The translations under genes and the position numbers were made by a program. A DNA stretch of 64,000 nucleotides from an uncultured Actinomycetes bacterium (lineage in GTDB: Bacteria; Chloroflexota; Dormibacteria; Aeolococcales; Aeolococcaceae): the NCBI GenBank assembly GCA_964508345.1, contig CAZDTK010000009.1, forward strand, positions 14,489 to 78,488, given 5' to 3'. The notes under the pieces were generated by a model. That model did no database searches, was not told the DNA's origin, and was given only the letters and a program-made list of their open reading frames with translations. Shown one piece after another: positions 1 through 9,129 of the stretch (the stretch's first letter is position 1; every line of letters starts with the position of its first letter).

Positions 1-7
1 CGCTCCA

Positions 8-466
8 TCAGATGTCGATGGCGATCCGGGCTGCCAGGATGTCGGCGGCGACCACCCTGACCGGCTGGGGCCGTCCCCGGGCTGTGCGCGCCTCCACCTC
101 GACGGTGGGGCCGCCGGTGGCGATCAGCCGGCCCTCCACCACGCGCTCGGCGGTGCCGTCGCGGAAGCGGACGTTCACCCGCCGGCCCAGCGCCGCCCTC
201 CACTCCTCCGGGGTGCGGAGGGGGCGCTCGGCGCCCGGCGAGGAGACCTCGAGCGAGTAGTGGACGTCGATCGGATCGTACGCGTCGAGAATCGCGCTCG
301 CGGCGAGCGAGGCGCGCTCGCAGTCGTCGAGGCCGACGCCGCCGGGGCAGTCGACCACCAGGCGCAGGACGCTCCCCTTCCACTGGACCTCCGCGAGATC
401 GACCCCGACCCCGGCGAGGGCGGGGCGGAGCAGGTCGGCGATGGCGGCGGTGTCCGGGCGGCTCAT
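8..466 (-). CDS. rimP: ribosome maturation factor RimP
   Basis: 152-aa ORF with the RimP-typical motif 'LEVSSPGAERPL' and overall YhbC/RimP-like sequence; high GC3. Confidence 0.85.
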   Translation of the reverse strand: MSRPDTAAIADLLRPALAGVGVDLAEVQWKGSVLRLVVDCPGGVGLDDCERASLAASAILDAYDPIDVHYSLEVSSPGAERPLRTPEEWRAALGRRVNVRFRDGTAERVVEGRLIATGGPTVEVEARTARGRPQPVRVVAADILAARIAIDI

Positions 467-559
467 GGAGGTGTCGGGAAGATCGTACCCAGGATGGACC
501 GGCGGCGCTGGGGTCCGCGGCGCAGCGCCGTCACGCCGGGATGGGACAATCGGCGGGCG

Positions 560-1060
560 ATGCAGAGCCAGCCCATCCCCCGGGCGGTGTCCCTGGCCCG
601 AGGGATTCTGGTGGCCGAGAGCGTGCTCTGGCTGCCCATCGCCCTCTTGCTGGTCATCGCCGGGATCAACGCCGTCGCCACCTTCGGGGGGGCCTGGGCC
701 GATCTGCTCGGGATCATCCTGCTCGGTCTCGCCGCCCTCGGCCTCGGGCTTGTCGTGGCCGGCATCCGCTCCGGCCTTGGGGTGGGCAGGCTGCGCGCCG
801 GCTCACGCGCCACCGCTCTGCAACTCGCCGCACTCGGGGTGGTCGGCGGTGTCCTCCTCGCGTCCACAGGGTGGGCTACCTGGCTCGTCTTCGGTCTGGA
901 GATCGACGTGGATGTCACGGATTGGGGTGCGGCTCCGGAGATCGTCAGCGCCACTCTCGGAAGTGCATTTGTTCTTGGCAATCTCGTCATCATCTGGCTG
1001 CTCACTGGCAACCGCAGGGGTCGCTCGGCCTTCCTCGGGTCTGCCGGTGAGGGTCGGTGA
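560..1060 (+). CDS. hypothetical polytopic membrane protein
   Basis: ORF 260..1060 translates to 4-5 hydrophobic helices from 'MQSQPIPRAVSLARGILVAESVLWLPIALLLVIAG...'. I chose the internal ATG at 560 to avoid overlap with rimP; the start is uncertain (260/494/560). Confidence 0.45.
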   Translation: MQSQPIPRAVSLARGILVAESVLWLPIALLLVIAGINAVATFGGAWADLLGIILLGLAALGLGLVVAGIRSGLGVGRLRAGSRATALQLAALGVVGGVLLASTGWATWLVFGLEIDVDVTDWGAAPEIVSATLGSAFVLGNLVIIWLLTGNRRGRSAFLGSAGEGR

Positions 1061-1138
1061 CCCAGGTAGCCGCGGGCCCGGTCAATGCGAACCAGCGGCC
1101 GCATGCGGGCCCTCCACCCTCGCTCCGGGGGCGGCTGC

Positions 1139-3844
1139 TCAGGAGGTGGCGCGCACGGGCCGGGCGGCGGTCCCACGCTGGGGCCGGCCCGGTGCCTGCT
1201 GGGGGGCCACCTTGTTCCAGGCGACCAGCAGCGTCGAGGCGTTGAAGATCGAGCTGTAGGTGCCGGTGATGATGCCGATCAGGAGGGCGAGCACGAAGCC
1301 CTGGATCGATGCGCCCCCGAAGAGCACCAGCGCGAGCAGCACGAAGATGACGGTGAGGGACGTGTTCAGAGACCGCGCCATCGTCTGCACCGTCGAGAGG
1401 TTGACGATCTGGTCGAAGGTGAAGCGCGGCCCCACCCTGAGGTTCTCGCGGATCCGGTCGAAGACGACGATGGTGTCGTGGATGGAGAACGCCACGCCGG
1501 TCAGGACCGCCGTCACGAAGTAGTTGTCCACCTGCCCCAGCGGGGTGAAGTGTCCGAGGATCGCCCAGATCCCGGCCAGGACGAAGACGTCGTGCAGCAG
1601 CTTGAAGAAGGTGCAGGCCGCGAACCGCCAGCGGCTCACCTGGCGCTGCTTGCCGAACTGGTAGGCGAGGTAGAGGGCGATCATCAGCGAGGACACCAGC
1701 ACCAGCAGCACCGCCTCGGTCACCGCGCTGCTGGCGATGGTCGGGCCGACGGTGTTGAGGCTCTCGGTGTTGGCCTTGAAACCGTAGTCGTTGCTGAGGG
1801 CGGTCTCGACGGTGGCCAGGGTGGAGGCGTCCGCGGGCAGGGTCTGGATCGTGTACGTGTTGCCCCCCAGGCTCTGCACCTGCGGCTCCAATCCCGGGGC
1901 CACACTGTTGATGGTGTTGGTCAGCTGGGAGGCGGTGACCGGCGTGTTGTAGGCGGCCTGCAGCTGGTCGCCGCCGGCGAAGTCGATGCCCAGCCGGAAC
2001 CCCCACCCGAGGATGGCGACGATGCCGGGGATGATGATCGCCAGCGAGAGCAGGAAGAAGAGGTTGCGGTTGCGCACGATGTCGAAGCTGCCCCGCCGCT
2101 TCCCCTGCTCCGCATACTCGGGGTGGATCTCGGTGTAGAGGGTGGGGTTCTTGCCGATCTTCCAGCGCAGCACCAGGCCCAGCAGCGACTGGGTGATCAA
2201 GACCGCGCTGAAGAAGCTGATCGCCACGCCGATGCCCAGCGTGATGGCGAAGCCCTTGACGATGTCCGAGCCGAAGAAGGCGAGGATCACGCAGACGATC
2301 CCGGTCGAGATGTTGCTGTCACGGATGGCCGGAAAGGCGCGCCGGAAGCCCAGCTCGATGGCGGCTCCCACCGAGCGCCCGTGCCGGAGCTCGTCCCGGG
2401 TGCGCTCGAAGATGAGCACGTTGGCGTCGACCGCCATGCCCACCGATAACACGAAGCCGGCGAGGCCGGCCAGGCTCACGGTGACCCCGATGATCTTGTA
2501 GGCGGCCAGGTTGATGAGCGAGTAGAGGATCAGGGCGAGGCTGGCCAGGATGCCCGGGAATCGGTAGTAGCCGATCATGAAGAGGACGACGATGACCATG
2601 CCCACCGCGCCCGCGAGCAGGGTGGCGTTGACGGTCTGGGCGCCGAGGGTCGCGCCCACCGACTCCGACGCCACGGTGCCGATCTCCGCGGGCAGGGCGC
2701 CGGCGTTGATCTGGGACTGCAGGGTCTGGGCCTCGGTGAGGCTGAGGCCGGTGATCTGGGTGTTGTTGGTCGAGGCCTGGACCACGACCGGGGCGCTGAT
2801 CACGTTGTTGTCCAGGAAGATCGCGACCATCGAGGGCGCCGGGCAGGCGCTGTCGGCGCTGCAGTCGTCGTCCGTGTAGGCTTTGTTGGCCGCGGTCGTG
2901 ATCTTGCTCCACTCGTTGGCGCCGGACCCGTTGAAGCTGATGTCGACCGCGGGGGTGCCGTCACTGGCGGTCCCCACCTGGGAGCTGGTGATGTCCGAGG
3001 CGGGCAGCGCGCTGTCGATCTTCCAGTGGTACCCGGAGGGGTAATACATCGCGTTGCTGAGCTGGGAGGGGTTGTAGAGGTTCTGCTGGTCGGCGCAGAA
3101 GGAGTTGGCCGGATTGTCGACGCAGTAGTTGGAGCTCTTGGAGGCCCCCGAGGGAGGGGCCCCGGACACGGCGGTGGCGAAGTGGATCAGGGCGGTCTGG
3201 CCGAGCACGTTCTCCGCCTCCGCGATGGGGACCCCGGGCAGCTCGATGGTGATCTCGTCATTGCCCAGGGCCTGAACGCTCGCCTCCGAGACGCCCAGCC
3301 CGTTGACCCGGTTCTGGAGGACGGGGATGGTGTCGGTCTGGGCCTGGCTGATGCTGATCCCGTTCTTGGGGCCGGAGCGGCAGCTCGCTCCGGGGGGATC
3401 GTTGTAACCCTCGCAGATGGCGATGGTCAGCTCCGACCCGCCCACGATGTCCAGCCCCTTGTGGACGAAGAGCTTGAAGCCAAGCAGGGACGGCGTCGAG
3501 GTCAGCGGGTGGGTGAGGCCGGCGAGCCCCTCGTTCTGGCTGATGGTCTCGCCCGCGGCGGGGACCGGCGAGAGCGCGGTCGCCAGGGTGATGACGTTGC
3601 CGTCGATCGAGCTGATGGTGTCGGGCAGCCCGCCCACCGTCACGCTCTGGCCGGCGATGAAGACGTCGCCGGGGGCGCCGCTGATGGCGAACTGGGTAGC
3701 GGTCGGGGCGGGCGACGAGGCCACGGTGGCCGTCCGGGCGGTGGTCACCCGGGCGATGTACGAATAGCCGTCGACGACCAGGGCGACGACGACCACCCCC
3801 AGGATGACCGCCACCTTCCACCTGGTGACCCGCAACCAGTTCAC
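1139..3844 (-). CDS. secDF: protein translocase subunit SecDF (fused SecD-SecF)
   Basis: 901-aa ORF. The N-terminal SecD-like part has a large periplasmic domain and a TM bundle. The C-terminal SecF-like part has the motifs '...GPTIASSAVTEAVLLVLVSSLMIALYLAYQF...IHDTIVVFDRIREN...'. It is a single frame with no internal stop. Confidence 0.9.
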   Translation of the reverse strand: MNWLRVTRWKVAVILGVVVVALVVDGYSYIARVTTARTATVASSPAPTATQFAISGAPGDVFIAGQSVTVGGLPDTISSIDGNVITLATALSPVPAAGETISQNEGLAGLTHPLTSTPSLLGFKLFVHKGLDIVGGSELTIAICEGYNDPPGASCRSGPKNGISISQAQTDTIPVLQNRVNGLGVSEASVQALGNDEITIELPGVPIAEAENVLGQTALIHFATAVSGAPPSGASKSSNYCVDNPANSFCADQQNLYNPSQLSNAMYYPSGYHWKIDSALPASDITSSQVGTASDGTPAVDISFNGSGANEWSKITTAANKAYTDDDCSADSACPAPSMVAIFLDNNVISAPVVVQASTNNTQITGLSLTEAQTLQSQINAGALPAEIGTVASESVGATLGAQTVNATLLAGAVGMVIVVLFMIGYYRFPGILASLALILYSLINLAAYKIIGVTVSLAGLAGFVLSVGMAVDANVLIFERTRDELRHGRSVGAAIELGFRRAFPAIRDSNISTGIVCVILAFFGSDIVKGFAITLGIGVAISFFSAVLITQSLLGLVLRWKIGKNPTLYTEIHPEYAEQGKRRGSFDIVRNRNLFFLLSLAIIIPGIVAILGWGFRLGIDFAGGDQLQAAYNTPVTASQLTNTINSVAPGLEPQVQSLGGNTYTIQTLPADASTLATVETALSNDYGFKANTESLNTVGPTIASSAVTEAVLLVLVSSLMIALYLAYQFGKQRQVSRWRFAACTFFKLLHDVFVLAGIWAILGHFTPLGQVDNYFVTAVLTGVAFSIHDTIVVFDRIRENLRVGPRFTFDQIVNLSTVQTMARSLNTSLTVIFVLLALVLFGGASIQGFVLALLIGIITGTYSSIFNASTLLVAWNKVAPQQAPGRPQRGTAARPVRATS

Positions 3845-3950
3845 GACGGCGAAGTGTAGCCGCTCGGCTCACCACTCTCGGGTCGGAGATCGGCGAGTTG
3901 GGCGGTGGAGCTCAGCCGCGGACGTCGCGCGGAAGCCCGGGGGCCGCGCC

Positions 3951-4997
3951 TCACGAGCCGAAGAGGGTCTCCTGCCCGCCCCCCGCTCCGGGGGTGCCCG
4001 GGGGTGGGGTCCGCCCCAGGTGCCGGTAGGCGGCGGCGGTGGCCAGCCGTCCGCGGGGCGTGCGCACCAGCAGTCCGAGCCGGATCAGGTAGGGCTCGAC
4101 CACGTCCTCGATCGTCTCGGGCTCCTCCTGGACGGAGACCGCGATCGTCTGGACCCCCGACGGATGCCCGGAGAGGGGGCCGCAGAGCGTCTCCACCACC
4201 CGCCGGTCCATCTCGTCGAGGCCGAGCTCGTCCACCCCCAGGACCTCCAGGGCGGCGGCCGCCACCGCGGCGTCGATCCGCCCCCCGGCGCGCACCTGGG
4301 CGTAGTCGCGGGCGCGCCGGAGCAGCCGGTTGGCGATCCGCGGTGTCCCCCGGGAGCGACCGGCGAGGAGCGCGGCGCCGGCCGGGTCCACCTCCACCTC
4401 CAGGAGCCGGGCGGAGCGGACGACGATCGCGGTCAACTCCTCCACCGAGTAGAAGTCGAGCCGGAAGGTGACCCCGAAACGGTCGCGGAGCGGACCGCCC
4501 AGGGCACCCGCCCGGGTGGTCGCCCCGATCACGGTGAACGGCTTGAGGCTCAATCGGAGCGTCTGCGCTCCCGCCCCCTTCCCGGCCACGAAGTCGAAGG
4601 CGAGGTCCTCCATGGCCGGATAGAGGGCCTCCTCCACGGCCCGGTTGAGGCGGTGGATCTCGTCGATGAAGAAGACGTCGCGGTCCTCGAGGGCGGTGAG
4701 GATGGAGGCCAGCATCCCCTGGTGCTCCAGGGCGGGGCCGCTGGTGAGCCGGGCCTGCACCCCCATCTCGGTGGCGATGATCTGGGCCAGGGTGGTCTTG
4801 CCGAGGCCGGGCGGACCGTAGAGGAGGACGTGGTCGACGGGCTCGGCCCGTGCCCGCGCCGCCTCGATCAGGATGTGAACCTGCTCGCGGATGGCGGGCT
4901 GGCCCACGAAGTCCTCGAGGCGGCGGGGGCGGAGGACGGAGTCGGCGGCCCGCTCCTCCTCCAGCTCCCCGGGGCTGACCAGGCGGCTGTCCGTCAC
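3951..4997 (-). CDS. ruvB: Holliday junction branch migration ATPase RuvB
   Basis: 348 aa; Walker A 'LLYGPPGLGKTTLAQIIA', 'FIDEIHRL', and the RuvB C-terminal winged helix. The stop overlaps the ruvA start. Confidence 0.95.
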   Translation of the reverse strand: MTDSRLVSPGELEEERAADSVLRPRRLEDFVGQPAIREQVHILIEAARARAEPVDHVLLYGPPGLGKTTLAQIIATEMGVQARLTSGPALEHQGMLASILTALEDRDVFFIDEIHRLNRAVEEALYPAMEDLAFDFVAGKGAGAQTLRLSLKPFTVIGATTRAGALGGPLRDRFGVTFRLDFYSVEELTAIVVRSARLLEVEVDPAGAALLAGRSRGTPRIANRLLRRARDYAQVRAGGRIDAAVAAAALEVLGVDELGLDEMDRRVVETLCGPLSGHPSGVQTIAVSVQEEPETIEDVVEPYLIRLGLLVRTPRGRLATAAAYRHLGRTPPPGTPGAGGGQETLFGS

Positions 4998-5611
4998 CTC
5001 GGCGGCCCCACGTCGAGGAGGCGGAGCGCCCTCCCCACCAGGGCGGTGACATCCCCGTCGGCGCCCTCACCGGCCGCGGCGAGCGCCGCCCGCACCGCCG
5101 GGCGCGCCTCCTGCTCCCGGAAGCCGAGACCGACCAGCCCGGCCACCGCGGCCTCCACGGCCTGGGCGGCGGGGGCGGGCGCGGCGGGCTCGAGCGCGAG
5201 GGTCAGCTCGGTGACCCGGTCGCGCAGCTCCAGCACCACCCGCTCCGCGGTGCGCCGGCCGACCCCGGGGACGGTCGCCAATAGGGCGACGTCCCCCTCG
5301 CGGATGGCCCGCACCATGGCGGGGAGCTCAGCCCGGCCGAGGATCGAGAGCGCCGCCTTGGGCCCTATCCGCTCCACCCCGATGAGGAGGCGGAAGAGGC
5401 GCAGCTCGTCCCGGCCGAGGAAGCCGTAGAGGCGGATGGCGTCGTCGGTCACCGACGTGTGGATGTGGAGCGTCACCTCGCGCCCGCCCATCTCGTGGAG
5501 CGCCGCCAGGGTGCGGAGGTGGCAGAGGACCTGGTAGCCGACCCCGCCGGTCTCCAGGATCACCTGGTCGGCGTCCTGGGCCACCACCCGGCCGCGGAGG
5601 CGCGCGATCAC
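4994..5611 (-). CDS. ruvA: Holliday junction DNA helicase subunit RuvA
   Basis: 'VIARLRGRVVAQDADQVILETGGVGYQVLCH...' is RuvA domain I. The GTG at 5611 overlaps the ruvC TGA (GTGA). The long Arg-rich N-extension in the ORF track is not coding. Confidence 0.85.
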   Translation of the reverse strand: MIARLRGRVVAQDADQVILETGGVGYQVLCHLRTLAALHEMGGREVTLHIHTSVTDDAIRLYGFLGRDELRLFRLLIGVERIGPKAALSILGRAELPAMVRAIREGDVALLATVPGVGRRTAERVVLELRDRVTELTLALEPAAPAPAAQAVEAAVAGLVGLGFREQEARPAVRAALAAAGEGADGDVTALVGRALRLLDVGPPR

Positions 5612-6174
5612 GGATGGACGCTGGCCGCGCGCGCCGCGGCGATCGCGCGCTCCAGCCCGGGGCTGGGCGCGGAGCCCGCGAAGGGGGGCGGGGCGCCGGA
5701 GCGCAGGGCCCCCCGGTGGTGGTGGCAGATGGCGGCCGCGCAGGCGTCGGCGGTGTCGTCGGGGCCGGCGATCTGGTCGACGCCGAGCAGGGCGGCGCAC
5801 ATCCGGAGCACCTGGCGCTTGGTCGCCGATCCGTAGCCGGCGATCGACTCCTTGATCTCGTTGGGCGTGTACTCGGCGACCGGCACCCCCGCCGCCGCCA
5901 GGGTGCAGAGGATGACGCCCCGGGCCTGGCTGACCCGCATCGCGGTCTGGCGGTTGGTCGAGAAGTAGAGGCGCTCCACCGCCGCGATGTCGGGGTGGAG
6001 CTCGTCCGCCGATTGGGCCAGGAGGCGGGAGAGAGCCAGCAGGCGGATGCCGTCGTCGTCCCCGGCCCCGGTCTCGATGCAGGTGGCGTGGACCAGCCTC
6101 AGCGACCCGGGGCGGCCCTCCACCAGGGCGACGCCGGTGCGCCCCAGCCCGGGATCGACGCCGAGGACGCGCAC
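5608..6174 (-). CDS. ruvC: crossover junction endodeoxyribonuclease RuvC
   Basis: 188 aa, 'MRVLGVDPGLGRTGVALVE...', RNase H-like fold with catalytic acidic residues; sits upstream of ruvA-ruvB. Confidence 0.9.
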   Translation of the reverse strand: MRVLGVDPGLGRTGVALVEGRPGSLRLVHATCIETGAGDDDGIRLLALSRLLAQSADELHPDIAAVERLYFSTNRQTAMRVSQARGVILCTLAAAGVPVAEYTPNEIKESIAGYGSATKRQVLRMCAALLGVDQIAGPDDTADACAAAICHHHRGALRSGAPPPFAGSAPSPGLERAIAAARAASVHP

Positions 6175-6230
6175 CTCAGCGCGCGGCTCTGGACGCCGGC
6201 GCCGGCGTCACCGGGCCCCGGCCCCGCGCA

Positions 6231-6992
6231 TCAGGAGCCGACCGACTCGAGGACTTCGTCGGGGATCTCCGCGTTGGCGTAGACCTGCTGGACGTCGTCC
6301 TGGTCCTCGAGTCCCTCGAGCAGGCGGATGACCTGGCGGGCCTGGGGGGCGTCGAGGGGCACCAGCGTGCTCGGGTTCATGGTCACCTCGGCGGAATCGA
6401 CGGTGAGGCCCGCCTCCTCCACCCGGCGCCGGGCGTCTTCGAAGAGATGGGGCGCCAGCGTCACCTGGACCTGGTCGCCGTCGACGCTGATGTCGCCATC
6501 CTCGCCCACGTCGAGGAGGTCGAGCAGCTCCAGGGCGATCTCCTCGGGGTCGCGCTTCTCCGCGGCGATCCGGATGACCCCCTGGTTGGCGAACATCCAG
6601 GCCACGCTGTTGGTCTCCCCCAGGGAGCCGCCGGAGCGGGTGAAGAGGTTGCGGATGGCGGCGACGGTCCGGTTCCGGTTGTCGGTGAGGACGTCCACGA
6701 GGACGGCCACCCCATGCGGGCCATAGCCCTCGTAGCGGATCTCCTCCAGCCGCTCCCCCTCCTTGCCCCCGGCCCCCCTCTGGATCGCCCGCTCGATGTT
6801 GTCGGCGGGCATGTTGACCTCGCGGGCCTTCTGGATGGCCAGCCGGAGGCGGAAGTTGCCGACCGGGTCGGCCCCGCCCTCGCGGGCCGCCACCGAGAGC
6901 TCGGCGGCCACCTTGGTGAAGGCCTGGCCGCGCTTGGCGTCGACGATCGCCTTCTTGTGCTTGATCCCAGCCCACTTGCTGTGACCGGACAT
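6231..6992 (-). CDS. yebC: YebC/PmpR family DNA-binding transcriptional regulator
   Basis: 253 aa; 'MSGHSKWAGIKHKKAIVDAKRGQAFTK...' is the canonical YebC N-terminus; sits upstream of ruvC as in many bacteria. Confidence 0.9.
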   Translation of the reverse strand: MSGHSKWAGIKHKKAIVDAKRGQAFTKVAAELSVAAREGGADPVGNFRLRLAIQKAREVNMPADNIERAIQRGAGGKEGERLEEIRYEGYGPHGVAVLVDVLTDNRNRTVAAIRNLFTRSGGSLGETNSVAWMFANQGVIRIAAEKRDPEEIALELLDLLDVGEDGDISVDGDQVQVTLAPHLFEDARRRVEEAGLTVDSAEVTMNPSTLVPLDAPQARQVIRLLEGLEDQDDVQQVYANAEIPDEVLESVGS

Positions 6993-7127
6993 GATGCCTC
7001 CGGGCGGACGAACGGACGTTCAGATTCTAGCGTCCTCCCCCACGCTCAAGTCTACGAGGCGGTGGGAGGGGTGGGCGAGAGCGGTTTTGGGGCAGTGCGC
7101 CAGCTGTGTCATGTCGCCGATGGCTGT

Positions 7128-7156
7128 TGACAGGCGGGCAACCGGGCGTACCCTTG
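7128..7156 (+). promoter_or_regulatory. candidate sigma70-like promoter (TTGACA - 16 nt - TACCCT) facing the non-coding region
   Basis: 'ttgacaggcgggcaaccgggcgtaccct' read on the plus strand. No protein-coding gene lies downstream on the plus strand, so it could drive the structured RNA candidate. Confidence 0.2.
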
Positions 7157-7162
7157 GGGCAG

Positions 7163-7487
7163 AGGCCATCGGTCCACATGGAGGTTGGGATTCGATGCGC
7201 GGTGTCTACCAGCTCCTGAGGCACTCTCGAGCCGAGAGGTGAGGCCCGGCGCGGGCCCCCACCACCGCAGCCCGGCGTGCGCCGCCGTGAGACCGCTTGC
7301 GAGGCGGTCCGGCAGGCAGGTTGGATACCAAGAGCGCCGCGGAGGGCCGGTGACGGGGTGAGCTGCCCGGGCACGTCACCTGGCACCGGAAGGTGCCGCA
7401 CAAGGCCCGGCACAATCCGCTGGGCTGCCGATGATTCGGCAAATTGAAATCGAGGGGCCGGCACCGCCGGCCCCTCTCTCATTCCCC
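7163..7487 (+). ncRNA. candidate structured non-coding RNA (contains SRP-RNA domain-IV-like hairpin with GGAA tetraloop)
   Basis: About 460 bp with no credible ORF lie between yebC and mpg. A perfect hairpin 'GGCACC-GGAA-GGTGCC' is flanked by 'CCGGGC...GCCCGG', and the 3' strand 'GGUGCCGCACAAGGC' resembles the SRP 'GGAAGCAGCCAAGGC'. A long-range pairing 'GCAGCCC'(~7268) / 'GGGCTGC'(~7425) closes it, and a GC hairpin plus a T-rich run follows at 7453-7487. Confidence 0.2.
7453..7487. terminator. GC-rich hairpin (GGGGCCGG-cacc-GCCGGCCCC) followed by TCTCTCATT; possible intrinsic terminator (either strand)
   Basis: 8-bp perfect stem seen directly. On the plus strand a T-rich tract follows it. 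On the minus strand it lies just after the mpg stop and is followed by 'CTCGATTTCAATTTG'. Confidence 0.35.
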
Positions 7488-7568
7488 ACGCGGCAGGCCG
7501 CCCGGGGACCCCTGCTCTTCTCACAGGGGCTCGACGCCCCTCGGCGGCGCGGCGGAGCCGCGCTCGCC

Positions 7569-8147
7569 TCACCCCGCCACGGAACGCGGCGGGGAAGGGG
7601 CCGGCCGGCTGACCGCTGGGTGGCCGGCCCAGGCGAGGCGGAGCGGCTGCTCGGTGGCCCGGCTGATGCCCACGCGGGGGCCGATCGCGAGCGGCACCTC
7701 CGCCTCCCGCCGGATGAGGCGAAGCCGGGCGGCAGGGTCGCAGAGGTCCAGCCCGTTGTCGGTGAGGCTCAGCCCCAGGCCGGTGCCCAGGTTGCCAGGG
7801 CCGCGGAGCAGGGCGGGGGCGGGGAGCCGGGCGGCGGCGCCGCCGCGGCGCGCCCGCACCACCTCCTCTCCCCTCTCCACGCTGGCCGCGCGGAGCAGCA
7901 CCGCCCCCGCCACGCCGGCCGGCTCGCAGACCACGTTGGCGCAGAAGTGGACGCCATAGGAGAGATAGACATAGAGGTGTCCGGGAGGGCCGAACATCAC
8001 CGCCGCCCTGGGGGTGGGGCCGCGGTGGGCGTGGGAGGCGGGGTCGTCGCGCCCCAGGTACGCCTCCACCTCGACGACGAGGGCCTCGACGTGGCGGGGC
8101 GTGCCCGGGTCGCAGACGATCCGAGCCCCCACCAGCTCGCCGGCCAC
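7569..8147 (-). CDS. mpg: DNA-3-methyladenine glycosylase (Mpg/AAG family)
   Basis: 192 aa; 'VEVEAYLG..DPASHA..GHLYVYLSYGVHFCANVV' matches the Mpg family core. Confidence 0.8.
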   Translation of the reverse strand: MAGELVGARIVCDPGTPRHVEALVVEVEAYLGRDDPASHAHRGPTPRAAVMFGPPGHLYVYLSYGVHFCANVVCEPAGVAGAVLLRAASVERGEEVVRARRGGAAARLPAPALLRGPGNLGTGLGLSLTDNGLDLCDPAARLRLIRREAEVPLAIGPRVGISRATEQPLRLAWAGHPAVSRPAPSPPRSVAG

Positions 8148-8194
8148 CGCGAGGGTGGAGCGGGCGAAGAAGGCTCGCCTGAGCGCCGTCCGGC

Positions 8195-8920
8195 TCAGCC
8201 CGCCGCCTGGTCCAGCCGGTCGATGCGGTAACCGACCCCGAAGACGGTCGTGATGCGGAATGGCAGCCTGTCGAAGCGCTCGAACTTCTCGCGCAGCCAG
8301 CGCACGTGCACGTCCACGGTCTTGTGATCGCCGTAGAACTTGCTGCCCCAGATCCGCTGGATGATGACCTGGCGCGACTGCACCTTGCCGGCGTTGAGCA
8401 GCAGCAGCGAGAGCAGGTCGAACTCCTTGGGCGCGAGATGCAGCTCCTCACCGTCGACGTGCACGGTGCGGGCCCCGCGGTCGATCCGGAAGTTGTCCAT
8501 CTCCTCGATCTCGCGACCCGCCACACGCTCCTTGACGGTCATCTCGGCGCGCCGCAGCATCGCCGACACGCGCGCCAGAAGTTCGTTGAGGGAGAAGGGT
8601 TTTGTCACGTAGTCATCGGCGCCGACGTGGAGTCCGACGACCTTGTCGAGCTCGCTTCCCTTGGCGGTCAGCATGATGATCGGCACCGTCATCTCCTGGC
8701 GGAGGATGCGGCACACCTCGAGACCCGAGAGCTCGGGGAGCATGAGGTCGAGCAGGATGAGGTCGGGACGCTGCCGGCGGGCCGCGGAGAGGGCCTCCGT
8801 GCCGGTGCTCGCCTCGGTGATGACGAAGCCCTCCTGGCTCAGGTTGTAGCGCAGGGTCTGCCGGATGGAGTCCTCGTCTTCGACGATGAGCACGTGCTTG
8901 GCGGGCGAAGTGGTCATCGG
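8195..8920 (-). CDS. OmpR/PhoB-family two-component response regulator (PhoP/PhoB-like)
   Basis: Receiver 'HVLIVEDEDSIRQTLRYNL...DLILLDLMLPELSGLEVCR...MLTAKG' followed by a winged-helix domain '...RIWGSKFYGDHKTVDVHVRWLREKF'. The start is placed at 'MTTSPAKHVLIVEDE' (the ORF track starts 16 codons earlier). Lies next to the pst operon. Confidence 0.85.
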   Translation of the reverse strand, partial: PMTTSPAKHVLIVEDEDSIRQTLRYNLSQEGFVITEASTGTEALSAARRQRPDLILLDLMLPELSGLEVCRILRQEMTVPIIMLTAKGSELDKVVGLHVGADDYVTKPFSLNELLARVSAMLRRAEMTVKERVAGREIEEMDNFRIDRGARTVHVDGEELHLAPKEFDLLSLLLLNAGKVQSRQVIIQRIWGSKFYGDHKTVDVHVRWLREKFERFDRLPFRITTVFGVGYRIDRLDQAAG

Positions 8921-9026
8921 AGTCGTGCCGTGGAGCCTCTGCAGGGCGGGGTGAGAGCGAACACGCAACTCATCGGCGCGCTCATTATGGCCCGGGTGGC
9001 CGCGCCGGTGTCACCGGTGGGTGTCC

Positions 9027-9129
9027 GAAGCCCGAAAGATTATCGGAGCATTAAAGATTGCCGCCGCCGCGCGCCCCAATGTTTATCGGAGCATTAACCG
9101 ACGATTGTCAGATGGCCAAAGATCGGTGC
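9027..9129. promoter_or_regulatory. tandem direct repeats in the divergent response-regulator / histidine-kinase intergenic region
   Basis: 'TTATCGGAGCATTAA' occurs at 9030 and 9072 (42-bp phasing). 'AAGATTGCCGCCGCCGCGCGCC' (9042) matches 'AAGATCGGTGCCGCCGCGCGCC' (9107). A shorter 'GATTnnCnG' motif recurs about 6 times at roughly two-turn spacing, including 'GATTGCCGC' at 9046 and 9163. Confidence 0.4.

Noticed and set aside
3804-5429. 541-aa plus-strand ORF (and many similar: 1002..2006, 1085..2449, 7027..8526, 14395..15366, 15814..17733, 16391..18736, 21399..23159, 21590..23731, 24808..26802, 28147..30366, 32159..34213, 53626..55230) with Arg/Pro/Gly/Ala-rich translations
   Set aside because: These are antisense or off-frame shadow ORFs typical of ~70% GC DNA. 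They have low-complexity Arg/Gly/Pro composition and no recognisable domains. Each fully overlaps a well-supported housekeeping gene on the other strand or frame.
7185-7205. 'GGTTGGGATTCGATGCG' as a possible tRNA T-arm
   Set aside because: No acceptor or anticodon stems can be built around it. The only convincing tRNA in the window is tRNA-Val at 24451-24524.
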